Notes: generated from the letters alone by a model not told the origin. A stretch of 52,340 nucleotides of DNA from Candidatus Latescibacterota bacterium (GCA_041690195.1 JAWLHT010000002.1:1-52340); one strand, 5' to 3'; shown: positions 21,025 through 33,138, counted from the stretch's first letter. Made by a program: numbers and translations.

Positions 21025-21029
21025 CGTCC

Positions 21030-23867
<2,838 letters not shown>

Positions 23868-23875
<8 letters not shown>

Positions 23876-25019
23876 TCAACCTCAACGGCATAATCAGATA
23901 GAGATACTCCCGGGAATCTTTCACAACTCCAGGCTTGATGATACAGGCGGACATGGGAGACTCAAGCTCCAGAATCAGTTCATCGGTGTCCAGCGCCCGG
24001 AATATCTCCAGGAGAAACGATGCGTTATATCCAACCACCAGCGAATCGCCTTCATACCGGACAGGGATGCTCTCCCTTGATTCTCCGCCGATTTCCTGGT
24101 TCACAGTCGAAATTTCCATCTGCCCGGAAACCAGGGAAAAACGGATCTGGTGGGTAATGGCACTTGAAAGCACCGAAACCCGTCGTACCGCACTCGCCAT
24201 CTCTTCTGTCGAAACCACCACCCGCTTTGAATTGGAGGTGGGGATCACCTGACGGAAGTTCGGGTAAGGACCTTCGATGAGCTTTGAAAAAATGATGGTC
24301 GTCCCATAATCGAACAGTATCGCTCCCTTGCCAAACACGACCCGTTCCAACTCAACACCGCCGGAAAGCACCCGCGCGGCCTGGGTCAGAACTTTTGGCG
24401 GCACAATGGCGTCCGCTTCCTGTTCGACTTCCGTCCCATCTTCCTTGCCCAGCTCCTTCTCGAAGAGCGACAGCCGGTGTCCGTCGGTGGCCACCATGGT
24501 CATCCTGTCCGGGGCGATTTTCCAGTATACACCGGTCAGCGCGAGCCGAGTACGGTCCGAGGCAACGGAAAAACTGGTTTTGTCCACCATTTCAAGAAAG
24601 TCAGGTCCGGACACCTTCACCGTGATCCCGTCAATCGTGTCACGGAGCGCAGGATAATCGGAAGCCGACATGCCCATGATGCTGGACTCGCCCTGACGGA
24701 ATGTTACGGTCAACCGCTCTTTTTTTACCGTTATGGTTACATCCTCTGAAGGCAACTCGCGGATCACACCAAGAAACCGCTTGGCATTCATCGTAACCGC
24801 GCCTTCCTCCTCCACCGTACAGTTCACCGCGGTGGTTATGGATATATCCATATCTGTACCGGAAATGGACAAACGTCCATCCACGGTTCTCAATAAAAAG
24901 TTACTCAGCACCGGAAGGGTCGGTTTCTGAGGCACCACACTGTTGACACCCTGCAACCCTTCAAAGAGCGCGTCTCTTCCAATAACAATCTTCACGGCAC
25001 ACTCCTTCGAAAGTATCAT
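23868..25019 (-). CDS. dnaN: DNA polymerase III beta sliding clamp
   Basis: VATDGHRL, SKLIEGPYPNFRQVIP, C-terminal IMPLR. True start may be the GTG about 21 nt downstream. Confidence 0.98.
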
Positions 25020-25353
25020 ACAATATATAGTATATTGTGTTATAAATCAAGCAAAATATTTGGTTTTATCCCGTTTTTTCAAACTTTTTTCCGGTGGAAA
25101 AACCAGGGAAAAACCAGGGAAAAAACGTGGAAAACTCCCCGTCTTTCCACACCGTTTTGTCCCCGTTTTCCGGTACCCCTTTCTTTCACACCACTTCCCC
25201 TCATTACATTCCCGGGGATGTTAACAACTCCCGTATCATAACCCTGTATATAGTGCATATTTAGAGACTTTTCCACACTTTCAACACGACTAGTACCACA
25301 ACGATACTGATTAATACTGTTATGAATAAGACAAAGAAACAGAAGATGACCTG
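25020..25353. promoter_or_regulatory. Predicted chromosomal replication origin oriC
   Basis: AT-rich dnaA-dnaN spacer. DnaA-box-like 9-mers at 25093, 25104, 25115, 25126 (one orientation) and 25143, 25182, 25269, 25278 (opposite). NAN trio run at 25285-25338. G/C skew flips across it. Confidence 0.85.
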
Positions 25354-26748
25354 TTATTCCGGATTCTTTGCTTTCTGGGAAAGGATATGGATGTTTCTGG
25401 CCAGAGACTGGTCGGTGGGAATCTTCTTCTCTATAAGACTGATTGAATGGATGACCGTGGAATGGTCGCGGCCCCCGAAATGGAGCCCGATGGTTTTGAG
25501 TGAGGATGCGGTAAACTGTTTGCAGAGGTAGGTGGCGATGTGTCTGGCCATAGCTACTTCCTTGCGGCGGGATTCACCGATGATCTGGTTTGTGGAAAGT
25601 CCGAAGTGTTCGGCGACCAGCTTCTGGATGGACTCAATGGTGATGTGACGGGAAGTTTTGCGGATGGTGTCCCCGAGAACATCTTGCGCCATTTCCAGGG
25701 ACATGTCCCGGCCGTGCAGTGATGAATAGGCCAGGAGGCGGATGAGGGACCCTTCCAATTCACGGATATTCGAGGTGATATTCTCGGCAATGAACTCGGC
25801 GATGGAGTTGTCAAGAAAGACGCCGTCAGATTCCGCCTTCTTTTTCAGGATCGCCACCCTGGTTTCAAAATCGGGGGGCTGAATGTCGGTTACCAGGCCC
25901 CACTGAAACCGGTTGATGAGACGGTCGGCCAGTCCCTTCAGTTGTATGGGAGGGCAGTCCATGGTCAGGACGATTTGTTTGCCCTTCTGGTGCAGGTCGT
26001 TGAAAATATGGAAGAACTCCTCCTGGGTGCGTTCCTTGTTGTTGAAAAACTGGATGTCATCCACAAGGAGAAGGCTGGCGGTGCGGTAGTACTTGGAATA
26101 CTGGGGAGTCAGCTTGTTCTGGATGGACATGATGAAGTCCATGGTGAACTTTTCGCTGGAAACGTATATCACACGGTTCAGCGACGGGTCGCGGCGGGGA
26201 GAGCTGAGGAAATGATGGGCGATAGCCTGCAGAATGTGGGTTTTCCCCAGACCCACTCCCCCATAGAGCACCAGGGGATTGAAGGCTGTCGTTCCCGGAT
26301 TGTCGGCGACCGCTTTGGCCGCGGCATAGGCAAACTGATTGGAATGACCGACCACGAAGCTGTCGAATGTAAACCGGGGATTGATCCGGAGAGGATCAAA
26401 GAAGGAGCTTTCAGAAAAGTCTCCGGTCGAGGTATCGACGGAGGGAAGGGGCGAACCCACGGCGATGGACGGAATTTCTGGCGCGTCGGAAACCTCTTCG
26501 GAAACCTCGAAGCGGACCAGCAGGTCACGGTCGAGAATGGAGCGGGCAACAGACTGGATGAGCGGCAGGTAATGCTCTTCGAGCCAACTCGCATAATAGT
26601 CCTGGGGAACCGCAATGACAAGGGTGCCTCCGGAAAACTCACGGAGAGTCAGGGGTTTGAACCAGGTATTGAAACTCTGGACATTGACCCGCTCTTCGAT
26701 CCCTTTGAGCAGACGGTCCCAAAAGATATTTTTTTCAAACATATCCAT
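25354..26748 (-). CDS. dnaA: Chromosomal replication initiator DnaA
   Basis: FNTWFK, YGGVGLGKTH, LLVDDIQF, IRELEG, FGGRDHSTVIH. Start set at MDMFEK (alternative 26742). Confidence 0.99.
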   Translation of the reverse strand: MDMFEKNIFWDRLLKGIEERVNVQSFNTWFKPLTLREFSGGTLVIAVPQDYYASWLEEHYLPLIQSVARSILDRDLLVRFEVSEEVSDAPEIPSIAVGSPLPSVDTSTGDFSESSFFDPLRINPRFTFDSFVVGHSNQFAYAAAKAVADNPGTTAFNPLVLYGGVGLGKTHILQAIAHHFLSSPRRDPSLNRVIYVSSEKFTMDFIMSIQNKLTPQYSKYYRTASLLLVDDIQFFNNKERTQEEFFHIFNDLHQKGKQIVLTMDCPPIQLKGLADRLINRFQWGLVTDIQPPDFETRVAILKKKAESDGVFLDNSIAEFIAENITSNIRELEGSLIRLLAYSSLHGRDMSLEMAQDVLGDTIRKTSRHITIESIQKLVAEHFGLSTNQIIGESRRKEVAMARHIATYLCKQFTASSLKTIGLHFGGRDHSTVIHSISLIEKKIPTDQSLARNIHILSQKAKNPE

Positions 26749-26790
26749 GGAGGAGGAACTGGGTAAGGTGTGTACGGAAGATTGTAGGAC

Positions 26791-26819
26791 AATAAATGGA
26801 AAAGGCAAAGAACTGTCAA
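26791..26819 (-). promoter_or_regulatory. Putative dnaA promoter
   Basis: Perfect TTGACA at 26819-26814 with an AT-rich, weak -10 region 17-19 bp downstream. Confidence 0.45.
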
Positions 26820-26905
26820 GGTATTTCACCCGTTCCGCATCTCCGGGAAATGATGTGATAACAACGGAAAAATGATGGAAACGGACCTCTCTGGTAAAAA
26901 ATTCC

Positions 26906-26934
26906 TTGCGCTGGAAATGATGAAAAGTTAAATT
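26906..26934 (+). promoter_or_regulatory. Putative tRNA-Phe promoter
   Basis: TTGCGC-17 bp-TAAATT ending 20 nt before the tRNA. Confidence 0.5.
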
Positions 26935-26953
26935 ATTGTTCTTGATGATGAGT

Positions 26954-27029
<76 letters not shown>

Positions 27030-27113
27030 ATTTCACCATTGACAAAGAGAGAAATTGAAACTATTTATCGTATAAGCAGATAAGAAATTCAAACATATTC
27101 GGTTTCTTCAGGT

Positions 27114-27189
27114 GCGCCCATAGCTCAATTGGTAGAGCAGCAGACTCTTAATCTGTTGGTTCAAGGTTCGATTCCTTGTGGGCGTACCA
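27114..27189 (+). tRNA. tRNA-Lys(CTT)
   Basis: 76-nt cloverleaf: acceptor GCGCCCA/TGGGCGT, anticodon loop CT-CTT-AA, GGTTCGATTCC, encoded CCA; TTGACA at 27039 upstream. Confidence 0.97.
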
Positions 27190-27209
27190 TTTTTTTGTTG
27201 GAGGCGGGA

Positions 27210-27842
27210 ATGGCTGACTTCCAGGGAATTGCGGACGCCCTGATCAAAGGGCAGGCCCCGAAAGTGAAGGAACTCGTTCAGCAGGCGATTCAGGAAGGAA
27301 CTTCCCCGGCGGATATTCTGCAAAATGGGATGATCGCCGGAATGGCAGTGGTTGGAGAACGGTTCAAAAAGAACGAGATCTACGTTCCGGAAGTCCTGAT
27401 TGCCGCACGCGCCATGCATGCCGGCATGAATGTAATCAAACCGCTCCTGGCCGAATCAGGTGTCAAGCCGAAAGCAACATTCGCGATCGGTACGGTGAAA
27501 GGCGATCTCCATGACATCGGAAAAAACCTGGTCATGATGATGATGGAAGGCGCGGGGTACCAGATCATGGATCTCGGCGTGGATGTGGCGCCGGAAAAGT
27601 TTGTCCAGGCGGTAAAGGACGGCGCTGATATTATCGGCATGAGCGCACTCCTCACCACAACCATGCCCGCTATGCTAAACACCATTGACGCCATACAGGC
27701 GGCTGGAGTTCGCGATTCGGTGAAAATCATGGTTGGCGGCGCTCCCCTCACCCAGGCTTACGCTGATGAGATCGGAGCGGACGGATATTCTCCGGATGCG
27801 GCATCGGCAGTGGATACCGCCGACAGTCTGATTGCCAAGTGA
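27210..27842 (+). CDS. Stand-alone corrinoid (cobalamin-binding) protein, MtaC/MttC-like
   Basis: B12 cap domain (GERFKKNEIYVPE), GDLHDIGKN (DxHxxG), SALLTTT, VGGAP; GGAGG ribosome-binding site. Confidence 0.95.
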   Translation: MADFQGIADALIKGQAPKVKELVQQAIQEGTSPADILQNGMIAGMAVVGERFKKNEIYVPEVLIAARAMHAGMNVIKPLLAESGVKPKATFAIGTVKGDLHDIGKNLVMMMMEGAGYQIMDLGVDVAPEKFVQAVKDGADIIGMSALLTTTMPAMLNTIDAIQAAGVRDSVKIMVGGAPLTQAYADEIGADGYSPDAASAVDTADSLIAK

Positions 27843-27863
27843 AAAATATGCATACAACTACGG

Positions 27864-27893
27864 AAAAAAAGGCTCCTCAGGGAGCCTTTTTTT
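27864..27893 (+). terminator. Rho-independent terminator between the corrinoid and DUF89 genes
   Basis: AAAAAAAGGCTCC-TCAG-GGAGCCTTTTTTT. Confidence 0.88.
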
Positions 27894-27911
27894 GTGTTCA
27901 TGGAGGCTTTT

Positions 27912-28781
27912 GTGAAAGCGGAACTGGCATGCGTGCCATGCATAATGAAACAGGCTTACAACACCGCAGCACGTGCGACAGATGATCCATCGGTAATCAA
28001 GAAAATTCTCGATCTTACCGCGGACTATGTAAAAAAATTGAATTTTAACCAGTCGCCGGCTGACGCTTCAAATTATGTCTACAGAATAACCAGAGAAATC
28101 ACCGGAGTTCAGGATCCATACTCGGCGGATAAACGGAAATACAATGATATTTGCATGGGAATGCTCGACAGTATCCGCCCCATGGTGGCTGATTCAAAAG
28201 ACCCGTTGACCACCGCAGCCAAAGTCGCAGTATTCGGAAATCTCATTGATCTCGGGATCGGAATGCAGTTCGACCTGGAAAAAGACCTGGAAAAAGACCT
28301 GGAAAAAGTGCTCTCTCAGCCTTTCGCGGCGGATGATTCCGGAGAAATGAAGCGAATTCTGGCAGAGGGAAGAAAAAACATTCTCTATCTGGGCGACAAT
28401 ACGGGAGAGATTGTTTTCGATGGATTATTCATTGAAATTCTTTCAAAAGAGCATGATGTAACGTTTGTAGTGAAAAAGGGACCCATCATCAACGATTCAA
28501 CTAGGGAAGACGCGGAATACGTGGGAATAACGAAACTGGTAAAAGTCATAGATACCGGGTCGGACGGCATAGGAGTACAATGGAGCGCAGTCTCTGCAGA
28601 ATTCGTCAGGCATTACGAACGGGCTGACCTGATCATATCGAAGGGACAGGGGAATTTTGAGACAATGAATGGGAAGAGGGGAGATATCTTTTTCCTGCTC
28701 CGGGCGAAATGTGACAGTGTGGCCAGAGAGCTGGGGGTGAAGTTCGGTGATATCGTCATGAAAAGAATGTGTGTTCAGTAA
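27912..28781 (+). CDS. DUF89/ARMT1-like damage-control phosphatase
   Basis: CVPC, GNLIDLG, DNTGE, GPIIND, KGQGNFE, LLRAKC; GGAGG before a GTG start. Confidence 0.92.
   Translation: MKAELACVPCIMKQAYNTAARATDDPSVIKKILDLTADYVKKLNFNQSPADASNYVYRITREITGVQDPYSADKRKYNDICMGMLDSIRPMVADSKDPLTTAAKVAVFGNLIDLGIGMQFDLEKDLEKDLEKVLSQPFAADDSGEMKRILAEGRKNILYLGDNTGEIVFDGLFIEILSKEHDVTFVVKKGPIINDSTREDAEYVGITKLVKVIDTGSDGIGVQWSAVSAEFVRHYERADLIISKGQGNFETMNGKRGDIFFLLRAKCDSVARELGVKFGDIVMKRMCVQ
28272..28307 (+). repeat. In-frame tandem repeat (GACCTGGAAAAA)x3
   Basis: Three exact 12-bp copies encoding DLEKDLEKDLEK. Confidence 0.95.
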
Positions 28782-28879
28782 GGTATTCGATATAGCAGAA
28801 AATGGGCTTCGGTTTGAGTCGGGAAACGAGACTGCACCACGGTGATACTATCAGTAAAAGGGATATGCCGCGTAAAAGG

Positions 28880-29974
28880 TCAGGAATGACGCACAGCCTG
28901 GACCTCCTTCAATTGAAAGAAATCAGGCCGGGGAGGACGTGAAATTTCCGAATACACGATTCGGAAAATAATGGAAGAAAGACTGACCACCGGGACAGCA
29001 AGGAACATGCCGGTCACTCCGCCCATGGCAGAACCGATGAGAACGAGAAGAAGTACCGCCATGGGGTGGAGATTGGTTGACTTTGACATTACCAGTGGTT
29101 GTATGACCGTGTTGTCAAGGATCTGGACAAGAAAGAATACGACCAGGATGGATACATACATCGATCCGGGGTCGCCGGTCATAACTGCCACCGCAAAGGC
29201 TCCCAGGACTCCCACAACCGGCCCCGCGTAGGGAATGAGATTGGAAATTCCGGCAAAAACGCCGATAATGAGAGGATAGTCCAGGCCAATCATCCAAAGG
29301 CCGAGAGAAGAGAGCAGCGAGACAATGGTAACACTGAACAACATGCCGCGAAGAATATACCCGAACTGGAGTTCAAGATTATAGAGAAGGTCGAGAACCA
29401 CCTCGAAATATCGGTTTGGTACGAGACGAATCAGTCCCCGTTCGATACGACGGGCGTCGAGAAGAAAGAAGAACGTGGCGAACGGGACAACAGAAATGAA
29501 AAGAAGGAAAGAAGAAACAAGCGAAGGAATTTTCTGGGCGACTGCATGAACAATGCCCCCGACGTTTTCGGGTGTTGGAGTGATAAGATTACTTCCATGA
29601 CGCAGGAGAAAAGAGCCGGACGTCGAGGAAGTAACCGTATCCCGTATGGAAAGAAGAAAAGAGGAGAAGGAAACGGTGTACGTCTCGAGATTGCTGTTTA
29701 TGTGGAGAAATTCGTTGTAGACGGCCGGAATGAAGAAAAGGAGAAATACACCGAGGCCGCCGAAGACGGAGATGAAGATAAGAAGGACGGCGGTAAGGTG
29801 ACTGACACCACGGTTTTCAAGAAATTGAAGAAAAGGCTTGAAAGCAAAGAAGAGGACGTAGGAAACAAGAAAAGGAGCAAAGAGTTTCCAGAATAGAAAA
29901 AAGCAGACCAGGAGAAGAGAGTAGCAAGTGCCGAAAACAGCAAGACCGAGTACGGTTTTCTGACGCATGCTCAA
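28880..29974 (-). CDS. AI-2E family transporter
   Basis: Multi-TM protein; FFFLLD, NLIPYAGP, QILDNTVIQP, LHP, GMFLAVP. Confidence 0.92.
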   Translation of the reverse strand: MSMRQKTVLGLAVFGTCYSLLLVCFFLFWKLFAPFLVSYVLFFAFKPFLQFLENRGVSHLTAVLLIFISVFGGLGVFLLFFIPAVYNEFLHINSNLETYTVSFSSFLLSIRDTVTSSTSGSFLLRHGSNLITPTPENVGGIVHAVAQKIPSLVSSFLLFISVVPFATFFFLLDARRIERGLIRLVPNRYFEVVLDLLYNLELQFGYILRGMLFSVTIVSLLSSLGLWMIGLDYPLIIGVFAGISNLIPYAGPVVGVLGAFAVAVMTGDPGSMYVSILVVFFLVQILDNTVIQPLVMSKSTNLHPMAVLLLVLIGSAMGGVTGMFLAVPVVSLSSIIFRIVYSEISRPPRPDFFQLKEVQAVRHS

Positions 29975-30462
29975 TCTCCGGAACAGTTGGTGAGCCGAAG
30001 ACGCTCGGAAACGATCTGGGCGAGACGGTAGACAAGTTTCATGCCGAGTACGGGGTCGGAGTCCATAAGACTCAGGAGATCATGACGAAAAAGACCGAGT
30101 AGTGTGGATCCGACGGTCGCCACAACGGTGGCGGAACGGGGAGAGTCGTTCAAAAGAGCGATTTCACCGAAAAAGTCACCGGAAGAAAGACTGATGATAC
30201 GGGTTTTTGTGAAGTCAGGGTACTCGTTGTATACATCAACCTGCCCGCTGCGAATTACATACATGCCGACACCGGGGTCGCCCTTCCGGAAGATGATTTC
30301 GCCGGGTTCAAAGGTGCGGGTGTGAAGAATGGAGAGGACTTTTCGTTTCTGACGGTCGGTAAGAGGGGTAAATACGGTGACCGAGGAGAGAAAGGATACC
30401 TCCATTTTTTCAGAGGGAACAGAAGCGGGAAAAGGATTCTTCCAGAGGGCGGCGAGTTCCAT
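29971..30462 (-). CDS. Stand-alone cyclic-nucleotide-binding domain protein
   Basis: IFRKGDPG, FFGEIAL..PRSATV phosphate-binding cassette; no HTH. Start uncertain. Confidence 0.9.
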   Translation of the reverse strand: MELAALWKNPFPASVPSEKMEVSFLSSVTVFTPLTDRQKRKVLSILHTRTFEPGEIIFRKGDPGVGMYVIRSGQVDVYNEYPDFTKTRIISLSSGDFFGEIALLNDSPRSATVVATVGSTLLGLFRHDLLSLMDSDPVLGMKLVYRLAQIVSERLRLTNCSGD

Positions 30463-30579
30463 GGGCAACACCTGTGAAAGAGAAATGAATTTGATTGGTC
30501 AAAAAATATACGGAAAAAATTCTGCAACACAAAGCCAAATGAAGAAAACAAGCGGCGGATGGAAATGTGGAGGATTACA

Positions 30580-30915
30580 ATGAAAGAGATCCTGGAGGTT
30601 AGGACATCGGAGGAAATGGAGGAAGTTTTTATGATGGAGCGTGTGTTGCTCTTCAAGAACAGCACCCGATGCGGTATATCACAGCGTGCGCTCCGCGAGT
30701 TGAGGGAATTTGCAAGGGAAGCGCCGGAAGATCTGGAAATTAGAATGGTCGATGTGAACGAAAGAAAAGAACTTTCGGACGTGTTCGAGGAAAAGACAGG
30801 GATTCCCCACAAATCACCCCAGGCGGTTTACCTGGAAAATGGGAAACCGGTCTGGGACGCCTCCCATTTCGAAATCAACGAAAAGAATCTGCGGAATGCC
30901 ACGGATAAGCGGTAA
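30580..30915 (+). CDS. YtxJ/BrxC-like monothiol thioredoxin-fold protein (DUF2847)
   Basis: FKNSTRCGIS, GIPHKSPQA, WDASHFEI; GGAGG ribosome-binding site. Confidence 0.85.
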   Translation: MKEILEVRTSEEMEEVFMMERVLLFKNSTRCGISQRALRELREFAREAPEDLEIRMVDVNERKELSDVFEEKTGIPHKSPQAVYLENGKPVWDASHFEINEKNLRNATDKR

Positions 30916-30917
30916 TA

Positions 30918-31535
30918 CTAACTAAAGAGACGGGATACTACGGCGGAATAGACACGGTCAGACAGTACTTCCGGGGAAAGTGAAGCGTCGAGAACGAAAA
31001 ATCTTGACGGATACTGTCTGCTCACACGAAGAAATCCCTCCCGAACCCGTTCGAAAAACTCGTCGCTCTCGGATTCGAGACGGTCGGTTACGCTGGAAAG
31101 ACGGGATCTGGCCAGTGGAACTTCACAGTCGAAAAGGAAGGTCTGGTCAGGAATAACTCCGCCGGTGGCGACAATGTTCATTTCAAGAACGGTATCGAGA
31201 CCGAGACCCCGGGCATATCCCTGATACGCGGCGGTGGAATCGAAAAAGCGGTCCAAGATGACCGTCGTACCGCTTTTCAGAGCGGGAACGATCCGTTCGG
31301 CGGTGATTTGGGCGCGGGCGGCGAGATAGAGAAACAGTTCGGTCGCCGGTGCCATTTCACCGTGATCACGGTCCAGAAGAATGGAACGGATTTTCTCACC
31401 GATAACAGTCCCCCCCGGTTCGCGGAGAAGCAGCACCGGAATCCCCATCGACTCAAGACGGTTCCGGAGATGAACTGCCTGTGTTGATTTTCCGCAGCCG
31501 TCAATGCCTTCAAAGGTTATCAGCAGATTCTTCAT
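30918..31535 (-). CDS. tmk: Thymidylate kinase
   Basis: FEGIDGCGKST, REPGGT, DRFFDSTAAYQG. Confidence 0.98.
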   Translation of the reverse strand: MKNLLITFEGIDGCGKSTQAVHLRNRLESMGIPVLLLREPGGTVIGEKIRSILLDRDHGEMAPATELFLYLAARAQITAERIVPALKSGTTVILDRFFDSTAAYQGYARGLGLDTVLEMNIVATGGVIPDQTFLFDCEVPLARSRLSSVTDRLESESDEFFERVREGFLRVSRQYPSRFFVLDASLSPEVLSDRVYSAVVSRLFS

Positions 31536-32232
31536 CTCCTCCCCGCTTGCCCAGTCCGCGAATCACGACCGTGTATTCGCCCCTGGGCTTTTTCTTTTTC
31601 AGTTCTTCCAGCACAAGGGATGCCTTCCCCCGTACCGTCTCCTCATACATTTTGGTAAGCTCGCGTGAAACGGAAATCTCACGGTCTCCGAGAGCGGAAA
31701 GGATTATTTCGAGAAGATTGATCAGACGAAAGGGAGACTCGTAGAGAACAATGGTCCGCTGTTCAGTTTTGAGCGCCTCAAGCGCCTTGACACGTTTCAT
31801 GCCTTTGGAGGGGAGAAATCCCTCGAAAACGAAACGGTCAAGGGGGAGTCCGGATACAACGAGCGCAGAAAGAACGGCGGAAGGTCCGGGTATTGCATAA
31901 ACAGGGAAACCGTTATCCACCGCGGCCCGGACCACACGATAAGCTGGATCGCTCACACCAGGAGTACCAGCGTCAGCCACAAGCGCGACATCATGCCCCT
32001 GGGACAGAAACTGGATGATGAGAGGAGTTCGGGACCGCTCGTTGATATCGTTGTAGGGAACGAGACGCTTCTTGATCCCGAGACGGGAAAGGAGGAGACC
32101 GGTATGCCGTGTGTCTTCGCAGGCGATCATCTCAACAGAGGAAAGACACTCCACGGCCCGTGGAGAGAGGTCCCCCATGTTGCCGATGGGTGTGGAAACG
32201 ATATAAAGACTGCCGCTGTCAGTTTTTGACAT
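31510..32232 (-). CDS. rsmI: 16S rRNA C1402 2'-O-methyltransferase
   Basis: TPIGNMGD, ACEDTRHT, DAGTPGVSDP, FEGFLP, YESP, RELTKMYE. Confidence 0.97.
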   Translation of the reverse strand: MSKTDSGSLYIVSTPIGNMGDLSPRAVECLSSVEMIACEDTRHTGLLLSRLGIKKRLVPYNDINERSRTPLIIQFLSQGHDVALVADAGTPGVSDPAYRVVRAAVDNGFPVYAIPGPSAVLSALVVSGLPLDRFVFEGFLPSKGMKRVKALEALKTEQRTIVLYESPFRLINLLEIILSALGDREISVSRELTKMYEETVRGKASLVLEELKKKKPRGEYTVVIRGLGKRGGDEESADNL

Positions 32233-32504
32233 GGATGTGAACACCCTGTGGAAAACTCCGGGGGACGCGTCACGCACAAAACGGAGCAAACAGTATGTCC
32301 CCCAGCGCAAAGAAGAATGTGGAAAAGTGGTGAATAAGTGTTAAAAACCCAGTGACATATTATGTAATATACTGCAAGGCAAAGACATGCGTGTTATTAA
32401 GAAGAAATATCAATTGTGGATAACTTGCTTTCTCTTGATTAGGACTATCTGACCGGTACGAACACCGGGGAACGTGACAGGAGTGACGCGGCGAATGTGG
32501 AAAA
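32191..32504 (-). promoter_or_regulatory. Second cluster of co-oriented DnaA boxes
   Basis: Plus-strand TGTGGATAA at 32415 (perfect), TGTGGAAAA at 32247, 32318 and 32496, GGTGAATAA at 32329, TGTGGAAAC at 32191. Confidence 0.75.
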
Positions 32505-33069
32505 CACGTGTATCAACTGTGTTTTCAAGCTCCCGGAATTCATCGTCGACAGCATCACCCTTGATGGAAACAAGAGTTCCGTTCGGCGATACCAGGCGGG
32601 AACAGAGACGATAATAGTCGGACAAACTGACCGTGGCCCGCGTAATGACGATCTCGAATGTTTGATCGAAGCCGGAATCCAGTTCTTCAACTCGGGATCG
32701 TAATACCGAGGCATTCAACACGGGTATGTCATGGATTGCAGTATCGAGAAAACGGCAGCGTTTCTCCCGGGAGTCGAGAAGCACGGTCCGGAGGTGCGGG
32801 TACGCCACGGCCAGCGGGATTCCGGGGAGGCCCGCTCCGGATCCGAAGTCGAGCATGGAACGAACGGAAGAGAAGTCGAATACGGAAGCGGCTTTCAGGG
32901 AATCAAGAATGTGGTACTCAATAAAACGGCTCAAGTCTCCGGAAGAAACAAGATTCATACGGGAGTTCCAGTCGAGAACCAGGGAATAATACCGCTCGAG
33001 AGACCGTATCATATCAACGGTCAGGTGGACCCCGTACGAAGCGGCCCCCTCCCGGAGAATATTGTTCAT
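32410..33069 (-). CDS. rsmG: 16S rRNA G527 N7-methyltransferase
   Basis: WNSRMNL, HILDS, DFGSGAGLPG, KRCRFL, TRA. Confidence 0.96.
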   Translation of the reverse strand: MNNILREGAASYGVHLTVDMIRSLERYYSLVLDWNSRMNLVSSGDLSRFIEYHILDSLKAASVFDFSSVRSMLDFGSGAGLPGIPLAVAYPHLRTVLLDSREKRCRFLDTAIHDIPVLNASVLRSRVEELDSGFDQTFEIVITRATVSLSDYYRLCSRLVSPNGTLVSIKGDAVDDEFRELENTVDTRVFHIRRVTPVTFPGVRTGQIVLIKRKQVIHN

Positions 33070-33138
33070 GCCGGATTGTGTATTCAAGAAATCACCAGAT
33101 GTATTGGTTATTCAGGGTAAAAGGGGCAAAGGGAAAGA

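Noticed and set aside
25093-25134. Short direct repeats as a CRISPR or iteron array
   Set aside because: 11-bp period with no spacers and no cas or rep genes; better explained as phased DnaA boxes.
27129-27209. N-terminal extension of the corrinoid ORF and antisense ORF 27108-27419
   Set aside because: Both run through tRNA-Lys; a GGAGG site supports the start at 27210.
31657-31672. Third parS-like sequence (GCTCGCGTGAAACG) in rsmI
   Set aside because: Only one half-site matches, and it is explained by the conserved SREL codons.
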